Of a stretch of DNA of 32,617 bases, positions 6,851 through 17,405 are shown piece by piece (position 1 is the first letter of the stretch; each line of letters begins with the position of its first letter). A program made the position numbers and the translations under genes. Origin of the DNA: an uncultured Gammaproteobacteria bacterium (GTDB taxonomy: Bacteria > Patescibacteriota > Patescibacteriia > Patescibacteriales > UBA12465). The stretch lies in assembly GCA_964448505.1 (NCBI GenBank), contig CAYUWA010000002.1, forward strand, positions 61,733 through 94,349, given 5' to 3'. The notes beneath the pieces are model-generated. The model had not been told where the DNA came from. It searched no databases and saw only the letters and a program-made list of their open reading frames with translations.

Positions 6851-8272
6851 ATGCTAGAAAAAATTAAAAAAATAATTCCTCATAAACTTTTTAAGGCCCT
6901 TCAACCGGCCTATCATTATTTTTTTAGCTTTATTGCGGCTTTAGTTTATGGATTCCCGAGTCGCAATTTAATTGTTATAGGGATAACCGGGACGACCGGA
7001 AAAACTTCCATCGTTTATCTAATCGCTAAGATGTTAGAAAACGCCGGGTATAAGACGGGATTTACTTCAACCGCTGTTTTTTCCGATGGCAATCGCGAGT
7101 GGCTAAATGATAAAAAGATGACCATGCCCGGCAGATTTTTTATTTCCCGAACCTTGAAGCAAATGATTAAAAATAAATGTCGTTATGCCATTATTGAAAC
7201 GACCTCCGAGGGGATAAAACAATTTAGACACCAGTTTCTAAACTACGATATTTTAATTTTTAGCGGAATTTATCCGGAGCATATTGAATCACACGGTTCT
7301 TTTGAAAATTATAAACAAGAGAAGGGAAAACTCTTTGCTCATTTAAAAAATTGTTCCACCAAGTATATAAATGAAGAGAGGGTGGTTGTAAATACCAAGA
7401 GCGGAATTAAAAAATTAGATTTAGCAAGAGTCAGAAAGACAATAATAATTAATGGCGACGATGCTGAGGCTAATTATTTTTTAAATTTTTGGAGCGAGGC
7501 AAAAATAGTTTATTCTTTTAATAAATCCTTGGAGGAAAGTTTTTTTACGAAAAACTTAAATAGCGAATCAATGGTGAAAGACTTTCGTCTGGTCAGGGGG
7601 GATGAGATAAAAACTTACGGAGAGGGAACTAGTTTTATGGCTGATAGCGAACCGGTTAATTTAAAATTGCTCGGACACTTTAATGCTATTAATGCTCTAG
7701 CGGCTTATTCGCTCGGTCTTAATCAGTCTCTAGAAACTAAAAAGATTATTTCAGGGCTTGAGAGCGTTAATGGTTTAGCGGGTAAGATTGAGAGTATTGA
7801 AGCCGGACAAAATTTTAAAGTAATAGTTGATTATTCTTTTGAGCCAAGAGCCCTAGAGAAATTATATGAAACAATATCCCTTATTCCTTACAAACGCTTG
7901 ATTCATATTTTAGGCTCGGCGGGCGGAGGAAGAGATAAGTCACGGCGTCCTGTCCTTGGTCGTATGGCTGGTAAAAAAGCGGATATTGTTATCGTTACCA
8001 ATGAAGATCCTTACGATGAAAACCCCGTTAAAATAATAGAAGAAGTAGCCTATGGAGCAGAAGAGGCCGGGAAAGAACCAAATCATAGCCTATTAAAAAT
8101 AGAAGATAGGCGCCAGGCGATAAGAAAAGCGCTAATGTTAGCCGAAGAAAATGATTTGGTTTTAATTACGGGCAAGGGAGCGGAACAAGCTATTTGTTTA
8201 GCCGGAGGGGCTAAAATCCCCTGGGATGATCGCCTGGTTGCCCGGGAAGAACTTGAACGGATATCGCTCTAA
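6851..8272 (+). CDS. murE: Mur ligase family protein, MurE-like (UDP-MurNAc-tripeptide synthetase-like) with a shortened N-terminus
   Basis: P-loop GITGTTGKTS at residues 44-53. Also ..IIETTSEG.., ..YPEHIESHGSFENYKQEKGKLF.. and a C-terminal ..VTNEDPYDENP.. where MurE has DNPR. Overall Mur ligase middle + C-terminal domain pattern. Confidence 0.8.
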   Translation: MLEKIKKIIPHKLFKALQPAYHYFFSFIAALVYGFPSRNLIVIGITGTTGKTSIVYLIAKMLENAGYKTGFTSTAVFSDGNREWLNDKKMTMPGRFFISRTLKQMIKNKCRYAIIETTSEGIKQFRHQFLNYDILIFSGIYPEHIESHGSFENYKQEKGKLFAHLKNCSTKYINEERVVVNTKSGIKKLDLARVRKTIIINGDDAEANYFLNFWSEAKIVYSFNKSLEESFFTKNLNSESMVKDFRLVRGDEIKTYGEGTSFMADSEPVNLKLLGHFNAINALAAYSLGLNQSLETKKIISGLESVNGLAGKIESIEAGQNFKVIVDYSFEPRALEKLYETISLIPYKRLIHILGSAGGGRDKSRRPVLGRMAGKKADIVIVTNEDPYDENPVKIIEEVAYGAEEAGKEPNHSLLKIEDRRQAIRKALMLAEENDLVLITGKGAEQAICLAGGAKIPWDDRLVAREELERISL

Positions 8273-8291
8273 ATTGTGGATAAGATGTGTA

Positions 8292-8320
8292 TTGACAAAA
8301 GATAATAATTATCATACTAT
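8292..8320 (+). promoter_or_regulatory. candidate sigma70-type promoter for rpoBC
   Basis: TTGACA (8292-8297), a 17-nt spacer, then TACTAT (8315-8320). This implies an AT-rich leader of about 200 nt before the rpoB ATG at 8530. Confidence 0.5.
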
Positions 8321-8529
8321 AAAGATAAGCTTACACTTTTTTATCTAAAAAAAGTGATATATACAAAAATAAATTAATTTAATACTACAGAGATTCAAGG
8401 CCAATTTAAGATTGGGATTTTTTTGTTAAAAAATAGTCCCTTATTTTATTGGTTATCTTTTTTTGCTCTCCGTTAGTTTATTTTAAAATAAAGTTAAAAA
8501 ATAGATAAATAATAATTGTTATATATTCT

Positions 8530-11500
8530 ATGTCTAAACGAAAAACATTTTCTGAGAGCAAGGAGGTTATGGCGATGCCTGACTTAATTGAAATCCAGAA
8601 AGATTCTTATGATTGGTTTATAAAAGAAGGTTTAGCGGAATTATTTGATGAGATTAATCCGGTCGTTGATTTTATCGGTCGTGATTTGGAACTTTATTTT
8701 GAAGATTACTACTTAGACGAACCTAAGTTCTCAGAGCTGGAAAGCCGTGAAAAAAATATAACCTTTGAAGCGCCGCTTCGAGTTAAAACAAGACTACACA
8801 ATAAAAAAACAAATCACTCGGTTAACCAAGAAGTTTTTCTTGGTGATTTTCCTTTGATGACCGATAAGGGAACTTTTATTATTAATGGAATTGAAAGAGT
8901 CGTTGTTTCTCAGCTTATTAGAAGTGCCGGTGTTATGTTTACCGCCGAGTTTATAAAAGGTAAGAAATGTTATGGCGCTAAAGTGATTCCGAATCGTGGT
9001 GCTTGGCTTGAGATTGAAACGGATTCCAATAAAGTTATTTGGGTCAGAATTGATAGAAAAAGAAAAGTGGCGATTACTTCGCTGCTTCGCGCCTTTGGTT
9101 ATGCGACTGATGAGGAATTAATTAAATTATTTAAAGACGTTGATTTAGTAAAGAGCAAGGAGGAAAAAACATTTATTGAAGCGACGATTGAAAAAGATGC
9201 CGCTAAAGATGAAGCGGAAGGATTACAAGAAGTTTATCGCCGTATTCGTCCGGGAGATTTAGCTTCGGTTGAAAATGCCAGACAATTAATTTATTCAATG
9301 TTTTTCCGTTTTGATCGCTATGACTTCGGACGAGTTGGACGTTATAAATTAAATAGACGTTTCAATCTTGATTTAGCTGCCAATAAAAAAGAAAACAGAA
9401 TACTGCGAAAGGAAGATTTGGTCTTAATTATTAAAGAAGTTATCAGACTTAATATTGTTAAGGAGCCGGAAGACGATATAGATCATCTTGGTAATCGACG
9501 TATTAGAGCTATCGGCGGTTTAATTCAGAACCGATTTAGAGTCGGTTTGGCTCGCATGGAAAGAATTATCAAAGATAGGATGTCTACTTCGGAAATTACA
9601 ACCCTTACCCCCTCAAAATTAGTAAATGCTCGTCCGGTTATCGGCGTTGTCCGAGAGTTCTTCATGTCGTCTCAGCTTTCCCAATTCATGGATCAGACTA
9701 ATCCTTTAGCGGAGCTTGAACATAAGAGACGTCTATCAGCTATGGGTCCGGGCGGATTAACTCGCGAAAGAGCCGGGTTTGATGTTCGTGACGTTCATAC
9801 TACTCACTATGGTAGAATCTGCCCGATTGCGACTCCGGAAGGACCGAATATCGGTTTGGTCGGTCACTTAGCCTCTTATGCGCGGCTTAATAGTTACGGC
9901 TTTTTGGAAACGCCTTATAGAAAAGTAATTCATGATAAAAAGGGGAGTCTAGTAACAAGCGAAATCGTTTATCTTGATGCTTTTGAAGAAGAAAAATATA
10001 TTACTGTTGACTCAACTATTCCAACCGATGATAAGGGATACTTTTTAGTTACCAGATATGAAGTTAGAAAATTCGGTCAACCGGGAATGGAAGATGTAAA
10101 TAAAATTGATTTTGTCGGTGTCGCCGCCAATCAAATTATTTCTATCGCGACAAGCTTGATTCCGTTTATGGAACACAATGACGGACAGCGTTCTCTTATG
10201 GGAACGAATATGCAACGTCAAGCCGTACCGCTTGTTAAGAGCGAAGCGCCGATTGTCGGAACAGGTGTTGAAGAAAGAGCGGCTCGTGATAGCGGTCACG
10301 TCGTTATCGCCTCAGAAGACGGGTTGATTACTAGAGCCGATGCCGGGGTAATTGAATTGCAAAACAAAAAAGGTGAAACGACAACTTATAATTTAAATAA
10401 ATTTTTAAGATCAAATTCTTCAACTTGTATCAATCAACATCCGACTATTGAAGTCGGCGAAAAAGTTAAGAAGGGACAAATTTTGTCAGACGGTCCAGCG
10501 ATTGATAACGGGGAACTTTCTTTAGGTAGAAATGTTTTAGTCTCTTTTATGACTTGGGAAGGATTCAATTATGAAGATGCAGTTATTATTTCCGAACGTT
10601 TAGTACGAGATGACGTTTATTCCTCTATTCATATTGAAAATTATACTATTGATGTTCGCGATACTAAGCTTGGTCCGGAACTTATTACTAACGATATTCC
10701 AAATATCAGCGAAGAGAAATTAAAAAATCTTGATGAGGACGGAATTATCAGAATTGGCGCGGAAGTTTCAAGTGGTGATATTTTAGTCGGAAAAATTACT
10801 CCGAAAGGAGAAACAACTTTATCGGCCGAAGAAAAATTATTACGCGCGATTTTTGGAGAAAAAGCTAAAGATGTTAGAGACTCATCTTTATATTTAGAAC
10901 ATGGTGAACACGGTAAAGTTGTTGATATAAAGATTTTTTCTCGCGAAGAAGGGGATAAATTATCCGCCGGTGTTTTGCAATCTATTCAAATCGCTGTTGC
11001 TAATTTAAGAAAGATTCAAGTCGGCGATAAGATGTCGGGACGCCACGGTAATAAGGGGGTTATTTCTAAAGTCGTGCCGGTTGAGGATATGCCTTATATG
11101 GCGGACGGGACAGCGGTTGACGTTATTTTATCGCCGCTCGGTATTATTTCTCGTATGAATCTCGGGCAATTACTAGAAACTCATTTAGGCTTTGCCGCCC
11201 AGAAATTAGGATACAAAATCGCTTCTCCAGCTTTAAACGGTATTTCTGAAGAGCAAATTAAGGGAGAATTAATAAAAGCCGGTCTGCCGGAAGACGGAAA
11301 GATTGTTTTATATGACGGAAAGACCGGGGTGGCTTATGATCATAAAATTACGGTCGGCTATAAGTATATGTTGAAACTTAACCATATGGTTGAGGATAAG
11401 ATTCACCAACGATCAATCGGCCCTTACTCACTTATTACCCAACAGCCTTTAGGCGGTAAAGCGCAATTCGGCGGACAAAGATTTGGAGAAATGGAAGTTT

Positions 11501-11823
11501 GGGCGCTTGAAGGATATGGCGCCGCTCATACTCTTCAAGAAATGTTAACGATTAAGTCCGATGATGTTCCTGGTCGAAGCAAAGCTTACGAGTCTATTAT
11601 TAAAGGTGAGGAAATTGAAGCTTTAAACGTTCCGGAATCATTTAACGTTTTAATTCGTGAACTTAAAGGTTTGGGTCTTAATGTTGAATTACTAAATGGT
11701 AAAGGACAAACCGCTTCGGAGGTTTTAACTAATATGGACGAAGAATTAAAATTGGATGAAAAATTTGATTATGATAAGCCGGAAATAATCGCTACTATAA
11801 GCGAAGACGAAAAGCCGGAATAA
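8530..11823 (+). CDS. rpoB: DNA-directed RNA polymerase subunit beta
   Basis: Conserved blocks ..GDKMSGRHGNKGVISKV.. and ..RSIGPYSLITQQPLGGKAQFGGQRFGEMEVWALEGYGAAHTLQEMLTIKSDD... Confidence 0.99.
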   Translation: MSKRKTFSESKEVMAMPDLIEIQKDSYDWFIKEGLAELFDEINPVVDFIGRDLELYFEDYYLDEPKFSELESREKNITFEAPLRVKTRLHNKKTNHSVNQEVFLGDFPLMTDKGTFIINGIERVVVSQLIRSAGVMFTAEFIKGKKCYGAKVIPNRGAWLEIETDSNKVIWVRIDRKRKVAITSLLRAFGYATDEELIKLFKDVDLVKSKEEKTFIEATIEKDAAKDEAEGLQEVYRRIRPGDLASVENARQLIYSMFFRFDRYDFGRVGRYKLNRRFNLDLAANKKENRILRKEDLVLIIKEVIRLNIVKEPEDDIDHLGNRRIRAIGGLIQNRFRVGLARMERIIKDRMSTSEITTLTPSKLVNARPVIGVVREFFMSSQLSQFMDQTNPLAELEHKRRLSAMGPGGLTRERAGFDVRDVHTTHYGRICPIATPEGPNIGLVGHLASYARLNSYGFLETPYRKVIHDKKGSLVTSEIVYLDAFEEEKYITVDSTIPTDDKGYFLVTRYEVRKFGQPGMEDVNKIDFVGVAANQIISIATSLIPFMEHNDGQRSLMGTNMQRQAVPLVKSEAPIVGTGVEERAARDSGHVVIASEDGLITRADAGVIELQNKKGETTTYNLNKFLRSNSSTCINQHPTIEVGEKVKKGQILSDGPAIDNGELSLGRNVLVSFMTWEGFNYEDAVIISERLVRDDVYSSIHIENYTIDVRDTKLGPELITNDIPNISEEKLKNLDEDGIIRIGAEVSSGDILVGKITPKGETTLSAEEKLLRAIFGEKAKDVRDSSLYLEHGEHGKVVDIKIFSREEGDKLSAGVLQSIQIAVANLRKIQVGDKMSGRHGNKGVISKVVPVEDMPYMADGTAVDVILSPLGIISRMNLGQLLETHLGFAAQKLGYKIASPALNGISEEQIKGELIKAGLPEDGKIVLYDGKTGVAYDHKITVGYKYMLKLNHMVEDKIHQRSIGPYSLITQQPLGGKAQFGGQRFGEMEVWALEGYGAAHTLQEMLTIKSDDVPGRSKAYESIIKGEEIEALNVPESFNVLIRELKGLGLNVELLNGKGQTASEVLTNMDEELKLDEKFDYDKPEIIATISEDEKPE

Positions 11824-11889
11824 ATAATCTCTTTTAACCAAAGGGAAAAGGTTTTCTTATATAATTTTGAACTCTTAATTTGATAAAAT

Positions 11890-14800
11890 ATGTTAAATCC
11901 AATAAAAACCAGTGATTTCAATGCCATTCGCTTAAAGCTGGCAAGTCCGGAAGAAATTTTAGATTGGTCTCACGGCGAGGTTACTCGTCCGGAGACAATT
12001 AATTATCGTACGCAAAAACCGGAGAAAGATGGTTTATTTTGCGAAAAGATTTTTGGTCCGACTAAAGACTGGGAATGCGCTTGCGGAAAATATAAAAAAA
12101 TCCGTTACAAAGGAATTGTTTGTGACAAATGCGGCGTTGAAGTAACACGCAGCGCGGTTCGTCGCGAAAGATTAGGCCACATTTCTTTGCAAGTCCCGGC
12201 TACGCATATCTGGTTTTTAAGAGGTCTTTCTTCAAAGATCGGATTACTTCTAAGTTTAGGAATACAGTCTTTGGAAAAAGTAATTTATTACGCCAGTTTT
12301 ATTATTACCGATGTTGACGAGACCTTAAAAGAAGCGACGATTGAACAAATTAAAACTGAGTATAAATCAAAAGTTAAGAGTTTTGAAAATGAATATAATG
12401 TTCAAATAAAAAAGATTAAAGAAGAAAAAGGGGAAGACGAGAGTGAAATAAAAGAAGCCGCTAAAATTAAAGCTGATAAATTGGCTCGTCTAGATGAAGA
12501 TTTTGCGCAAACCCAGAAGGAATTAAAAGAATTAAAGCCTTTGTTAATTTTATCCGAACAGCAATATCAAAGTTTAAGTTTAAAATTCGGTCATATTTTT
12601 GAAGCTTCAATCGGCGCTGACGCCATTCGTCAATTACTTTCTAAAATTGACTTAGAAGCCAGTGTTAAAAGGCTGGAAGAAAAATTAACTGATGCCGTTG
12701 AGTCTAAAAAGGAAAAATTGGTCAAACGTTTGAAACTGTTAAAGAGTTTTAGAAATAATGGTTTAAGACCGGAATGGATGATTTTGACTACTCTCCCTGT
12801 TGTTCCACCCGATCTTCGTCCGATGGTCGCTCTTGATGGCGGTCGTTTTGCGGCGTCTGACTTAAATGATTTATACAGACGAGTTATCAATAGAAATAAT
12901 CGTTTGAAACAACTAGTTGATTTAAATGCCCCGGAAGTTATTTGTCGCAATGAAAAAAGAATGCTTCAAGAGGCGGTTGACGCTTTAATAGATAATTCCG
13001 CCCGCCATACTAAAACAGTTACCGCTTCAACCGGACAGAAAAGACAGCTTAAATCGTTGGCTGATACTTTAAAAGGTAAGCAAGGACGTTTCCGCCAAAA
13101 TTTATTAGGCAAGCGTGTTGATTACTCCGGACGTTCGGTTATTGTTGTTAATCCAAAATTAAATTTGGATCAATGCGGTCTACCGAAGATTATGGCCTTA
13201 GAATTATTTAAACCGTTTGTCATTTCCCAATTAATTAAAAGAGAAATTGTCCATAATGTTCGCAGCGCCTCTCGTTATATTGAAGCCGGGCATGATGAGG
13301 TTTGGGATATTTTAGAAAAAATTATTGAAGGAGCTTTTGTACTATTAAATCGTGCTCCGACCTTACACCGTTTAGGTATTCAAGCTTTTAAGCCGATTTT
13401 AATTGAAGGAAAAGCGATTCAAATTCATCCGCTCGTTTGTACCGCTTTTAATGCCGACTTTGACGGAGACCAAATGGCGGTTCATGTCCCTTTAACTAAG
13501 GCGGCTAAACAAGAGGCGGAAACCTTAATGCTTTCTTCTCATAATTTACTTAAACCGGCGACCGGCGATCCGATTGTAACTCCAGCGCAAGATATCGTTT
13601 GGGGGACCTATTATATTACGATGGTAAATAAGGATTTTGATACGAAAGCGGTTCAAGAACTAAAACATTTTTATCACGAAGATGAGGCCTGTCTTGCTTA
13701 TGAAAACAATTTCATTGATCTCCATGAACCTATTCAGGTCAAATATAACGGAACGATGTTAAAGACTACGGTCGGTCGTCTGATTTTTAATTCACTTTTA
13801 CCGGAAAAATTAAGATTTATAAATGATGTTGTCGGCAAAGGAAAACTCAAAGATTTAATCAGAGAATGTTCAAGATTATATAGCGAAGAAGAAACGGTTA
13901 AATTTATTGATGATTTAAAGAATCGCAGTTTTGCCTTTATTACTAAATCCGGTCTTTCTTGGGGCTTTGGCGATTTGCCTAATTTACCGGAAAAAGATCG
14001 TTTAATTGATTTGGCCAATAAACAAGTTGATGTAATTCGCGAACAATATGAAGACGGTTTGCTCACAGAAAGCGAACGTTATGCCAAAGTTATTGAAGAA
14101 TGGACTAATGCCAAGGACAAAATTGCCGATATTTGTAAGAAGGGGCTAAATGATATCTTGCCGGTTTATTCTATGATTGATTCAGGCGCTCGCGGTTCTT
14201 GGGCTCAGCCGGTTCAGATTTTAGGAATGAAAGGCTTAGTTACTTCTCCTTCCGGCGCGATTATTGAACTTCCGGTTAAGGGAAACTTCAAAAAAGGATT
14301 TGGGGTTCTTGAATACTTTATTTCTACTCACGGTGTTCGTAAAGGTTTATCCGATACCGCTTTAAGAACCGCTAACGCTGGTTATTTAACCAGACGTCTA
14401 GTTGATGTTTCGCAAGATATAATTGTGGTTGAAGATGATTGCGGCGATAAGACAGGAGTAGTTCTTAGTAGAGCCGAAGTGGAAAAAAACGGTGACGATT
14501 TCTTTAAGAAAATTATCGGTCGTTATTTAGCTGCGGATATAAAAGACAAAAAAGGAAATGTCGTTTCTAAGGCCGGCGAAATGCTTGATGAAGAGCGTAT
14601 TAAGAATTTAAAAACTAAAGATATTGATTCGGTCTGTATTCGTTCGGTTCTAAGTTGTCAGATTCACAAAGGAATTTGTGCCAAATGCTACGGTTGGGAC
14701 TTAGCTTATAATAAACCGGTTAAACTTGGTTCAACGGTCGGCGTCATTGCCGCACAATCAATCGGTGAACCGGGAACTCAGTTAACCATGAGAACCTTCC

Positions 14801-15819
14801 ATTCAGGCGGTGTTGCCGGACAAGACGATATTACCCAAGGTTTGCCTCGGGTTGAAGAAATTTTTGAAGCGCGCAGCCCGAAGAAAAAAGCATTAATTTC
14901 TGATGTTGCCGGTAAAGTTAAAGTTGAGTTCGCTCAAAAGACGATTAAAGATAAGGACGGAAAAGAAATTCTTGTTGATAATCCTCAATCTAAGATTTTA
15001 AGTATTCATTATAAGGGTGAGGATCATGATAAATATTATTTCTCCGAGAAAATAAACGAAATTAAGCTAGCCGGAGGACTAAGCGCTAAAGACAAGAAAA
15101 AATTAGAAGTTAAGGTTTTAGTAAAAGACGGTGAAACAGTTTCTAAAAATACAGATTTGTTTAATATTAGCGGAGAAATAGTTAAATCTAAGTCTTCCGG
15201 TATTACTACAGTTACGGAAAAATATATTAGTATCGCCCGCGAGGTTGAAAAAATTAAAGAGCACTCTATTTTAAAAGGTACGATGTTAATGGTTAAAGAT
15301 GGCGACGTAATTGAAAGGGGGACTCAATTAACTGAAGGTAGTTTGGATCTTAGAGAACTTTATAAACTTAAAGGACAGCTCGCCACTCAGAAATATATTA
15401 TTAGTGAAATTCAATATGTTTATTCTTCTCAAGGACAGCCGCTAAATGATAAGCACGTTGAAATTATTGCGCGTCAGATGTTTTCTCGCTATTTAGTTAA
15501 AGATGCCGGCGACACTAATTTACTTCCGGGCGAGACTATTGAAGATGAGGTTTTCTATCAAGCAAATAGAGAGTCTAAAAAATTAGCGAAAGCGGAAAAA
15601 TTATTGCTTGGTATTACGAAAGCATCACTTACAACTGATAGTTTCTTGTCAGCCGCCTCTTTCCAAGAAACATCTCGGGTTTTAATTGATGCCGCGGTTA
15701 ATGGCAAGATAAACAATCTCGAGGGGCTAAAAGAAAATGTTATTATCGGTTGTCTTATTCCCGCCGGGACCGGTTACAAGGGTAAGAAACAGAGAATAGA
15801 TTATAGCCAGACTGAGTAA
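11890..15819 (+). CDS. rpoC: DNA-directed RNA polymerase subunit beta'
   Basis: Zn-finger CACGKYKK..CDKCGVEV, catalytic NADFDGDQMAVH, and trigger-loop/bridge regions ..SIGEPGTQLTMRTFHSGGVAG... Confidence 0.99.
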   Translation: MLNPIKTSDFNAIRLKLASPEEILDWSHGEVTRPETINYRTQKPEKDGLFCEKIFGPTKDWECACGKYKKIRYKGIVCDKCGVEVTRSAVRRERLGHISLQVPATHIWFLRGLSSKIGLLLSLGIQSLEKVIYYASFIITDVDETLKEATIEQIKTEYKSKVKSFENEYNVQIKKIKEEKGEDESEIKEAAKIKADKLARLDEDFAQTQKELKELKPLLILSEQQYQSLSLKFGHIFEASIGADAIRQLLSKIDLEASVKRLEEKLTDAVESKKEKLVKRLKLLKSFRNNGLRPEWMILTTLPVVPPDLRPMVALDGGRFAASDLNDLYRRVINRNNRLKQLVDLNAPEVICRNEKRMLQEAVDALIDNSARHTKTVTASTGQKRQLKSLADTLKGKQGRFRQNLLGKRVDYSGRSVIVVNPKLNLDQCGLPKIMALELFKPFVISQLIKREIVHNVRSASRYIEAGHDEVWDILEKIIEGAFVLLNRAPTLHRLGIQAFKPILIEGKAIQIHPLVCTAFNADFDGDQMAVHVPLTKAAKQEAETLMLSSHNLLKPATGDPIVTPAQDIVWGTYYITMVNKDFDTKAVQELKHFYHEDEACLAYENNFIDLHEPIQVKYNGTMLKTTVGRLIFNSLLPEKLRFINDVVGKGKLKDLIRECSRLYSEEETVKFIDDLKNRSFAFITKSGLSWGFGDLPNLPEKDRLIDLANKQVDVIREQYEDGLLTESERYAKVIEEWTNAKDKIADICKKGLNDILPVYSMIDSGARGSWAQPVQILGMKGLVTSPSGAIIELPVKGNFKKGFGVLEYFISTHGVRKGLSDTALRTANAGYLTRRLVDVSQDIIVVEDDCGDKTGVVLSRAEVEKNGDDFFKKIIGRYLAADIKDKKGNVVSKAGEMLDEERIKNLKTKDIDSVCIRSVLSCQIHKGICAKCYGWDLAYNKPVKLGSTVGVIAAQSIGEPGTQLTMRTFHSGGVAGQDDITQGLPRVEEIFEARSPKKKALISDVAGKVKVEFAQKTIKDKDGKEILVDNPQSKILSIHYKGEDHDKYYFSEKINEIKLAGGLSAKDKKKLEVKVLVKDGETVSKNTDLFNISGEIVKSKSSGITTVTEKYISIAREVEKIKEHSILKGTMLMVKDGDVIERGTQLTEGSLDLRELYKLKGQLATQKYIISEIQYVYSSQGQPLNDKHVEIIARQMFSRYLVKDAGDTNLLPGETIEDEVFYQANRESKKLAKAEKLLLGITKASLTTDSFLSAASFQETSRVLIDAAVNGKINNLEGLKENVIIGCLIPAGTGYKGKKQRIDYSQTE

Positions 15820-15835
15820 TCAAAAAAAGTTCAAT

Positions 15836-15872
15836 AAAAAACACCTTATTTTTAAAAAATAAGGTGTTTTTT
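15836..15872. terminator. strong bidirectional intrinsic terminator after rpoC
   Basis: 37-nt palindrome AAAAAACACCTTATTTT-TAA-AAAATAAGGTGTTTTTT. The stem is 15841-15852 / 15856-15867, with an A-run upstream and a T-run downstream. Confidence 0.85.
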
Positions 15873-15914
15873 GATTTGTTTTATTGATAAAAATACAGTA
15901 AAATAGAAGGAGAT

Positions 15915-17405
15915 ATGTTTAAAACAAGTTTTAAGAAATTGTCTTTTATATTTTCCTTACGCTTATTTTTAGGCTCTCTTTTGTTGATTATCTTTCTAGT
16001 TTTTTTGTTTTTAAAAGTCGTTCCTTTCGGGAAGATAACTTATTACCGCGACTATTCCGACAAGCTTCGTTCCGGCAAAGGTTTTATCTATGGATTTACT
16101 CCGAGCGAGCGAATATTTATTTCAAAAAGCGGTGAGCCAAGAATAATCGGCGACCCGGTTTATTTTTCTTTATTTACGCCTAGAACTTTTGATAAGGCCA
16201 AAGTAACTGTAGAGTATAAGGACAATCTTAGTGCGGAAACGCCGATAATTGAAGCCGGTGTTTTAAGTGACAAAATTGTTTGGAATTATGATTTAAAACC
16301 GCTCCAAAATAAGATTATTGATTCTTTACGTTTAAACTGGGCTGAGATTAGTAGCGGCGATGTGTCTTTGTTGCAAAAAGATAATAACTATAATGATTTT
16401 CAGGCGTTTAAAAATGATTTAGAAAAGGGGAGCTTAAAAAACTGTCCGGAGGGGCCAAGAAACTGCTTAGCATTTTATAATTATTCTTTTGACTTAGATA
16501 ATTCTTTAAACGCCAAGAATGAAATAAATAGTTCTTTGCCGCTGGAATTAGATATACCGCTTCGCGGAGCGCACCAATTCTTCTTGTACCTTAATTCGGA
16601 AGAGCTTAGCTTGGATTTTAGCTTTAGCGATTTAAATCAAGACAAAGATCTTGACCCGATTACGGTTAATATTTATTACGGCAACAAATTGTTAGATACC
16701 CTGTTTTTAGCTGATAATAATTTGGCGTCTAGCGCTAAAGTAATTGAGAATCGGAGTTTGTCTTTTAAGAAAAGCAATTTAAAACCGGGGTTTTATAAGG
16801 TTGAGTTAAAAGTTAGCGATGATATTGTTATTAAGAAGATTAAATCTTCGGTTAATAAAATCTCGTTTATCAATAAAGTCTGGCCGGTGTCTAATTCGGG
16901 TGGGGTGGTTCTTTATTCTGATGCTAATTATTTGCAAGTTAAAGCATACAGCCCGGCTAGCCTCCAATCACTGGAGTCGGGCGGGCTACAACTAGTTATT
17001 GATGAAGCTTACAGACAATTTTATTTTAACTTGCCGGGGGAAAACAAAATTAAAGAAATAAAGATTAAGAAAGACGATTTGATTTTGGAAAATAATGGAG
17101 TTTTTTCTTGGTCGCCAAATAGCCTTATTAATCCTGGTTTTACTAAGGTTGATCGGTTTTTCAAACCCTCAGAAAATATAAAATATATTGTCTCCCGCTA
17201 TGATACTCCGCAAATTAAAGATAATTTTAAGTTCGCAAGCGCCGAATTTAATCTTCGCGGCGTTTATCGCGAGAAAGGTAAGTATAGCTTTATGATTTCT
17301 ATTCCCGGATTACGTGCCGAAGAAAATATTAACAATTATTTAGAAATAAAAAGTATTAAGATAGAGTTAAGCGGCAGAACCTTATGGCAAAAAATATTCA
17401 ATTAA
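15915..17405 (+). CDS. hypothetical membrane-anchored protein (N-terminal TM helix, large extracytoplasmic domain)
   Basis: Long ORF. It is the only gene in the window with a canonical SD (GAAGGAGAT before the ATG). Hydrophobic segment LFLGSLLLIIFLVFLFL. No known domain recognised. Confidence 0.75.
   Translation: MFKTSFKKLSFIFSLRLFLGSLLLIIFLVFLFLKVVPFGKITYYRDYSDKLRSGKGFIYGFTPSERIFISKSGEPRIIGDPVYFSLFTPRTFDKAKVTVEYKDNLSAETPIIEAGVLSDKIVWNYDLKPLQNKIIDSLRLNWAEISSGDVSLLQKDNNYNDFQAFKNDLEKGSLKNCPEGPRNCLAFYNYSFDLDNSLNAKNEINSSLPLELDIPLRGAHQFFLYLNSEELSLDFSFSDLNQDKDLDPITVNIYYGNKLLDTLFLADNNLASSAKVIENRSLSFKKSNLKPGFYKVELKVSDDIVIKKIKSSVNKISFINKVWPVSNSGGVVLYSDANYLQVKAYSPASLQSLESGGLQLVIDEAYRQFYFNLPGENKIKEIKIKKDDLILENNGVFSWSPNSLINPGFTKVDRFFKPSENIKYIVSRYDTPQIKDNFKFASAEFNLRGVYREKGKYSFMISIPGLRAEENINNYLEIKSIKIELSGRTLWQKIFN

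Noticed and set aside
24-8401. CCAAT/ATTGG hairpin plus a T-run (8401-8424) in the rpoB leader, considered as a defined attenuator feature
   Set aside because: The 5-bp stem sits in a very AT-rich region, which is too weak to list as a feature. It is mentioned only as a possibility within the leader finding. (The correct end coordinate is 8424.)
15871-15904. TTGTTT-17-TAAAAT as a promoter for the 15915 gene
   Set aside because: The predicted transcription start would fall about 4 nt before the ATG and would remove the only good SD in the window. The hexamers are poor matches in AT-rich DNA.
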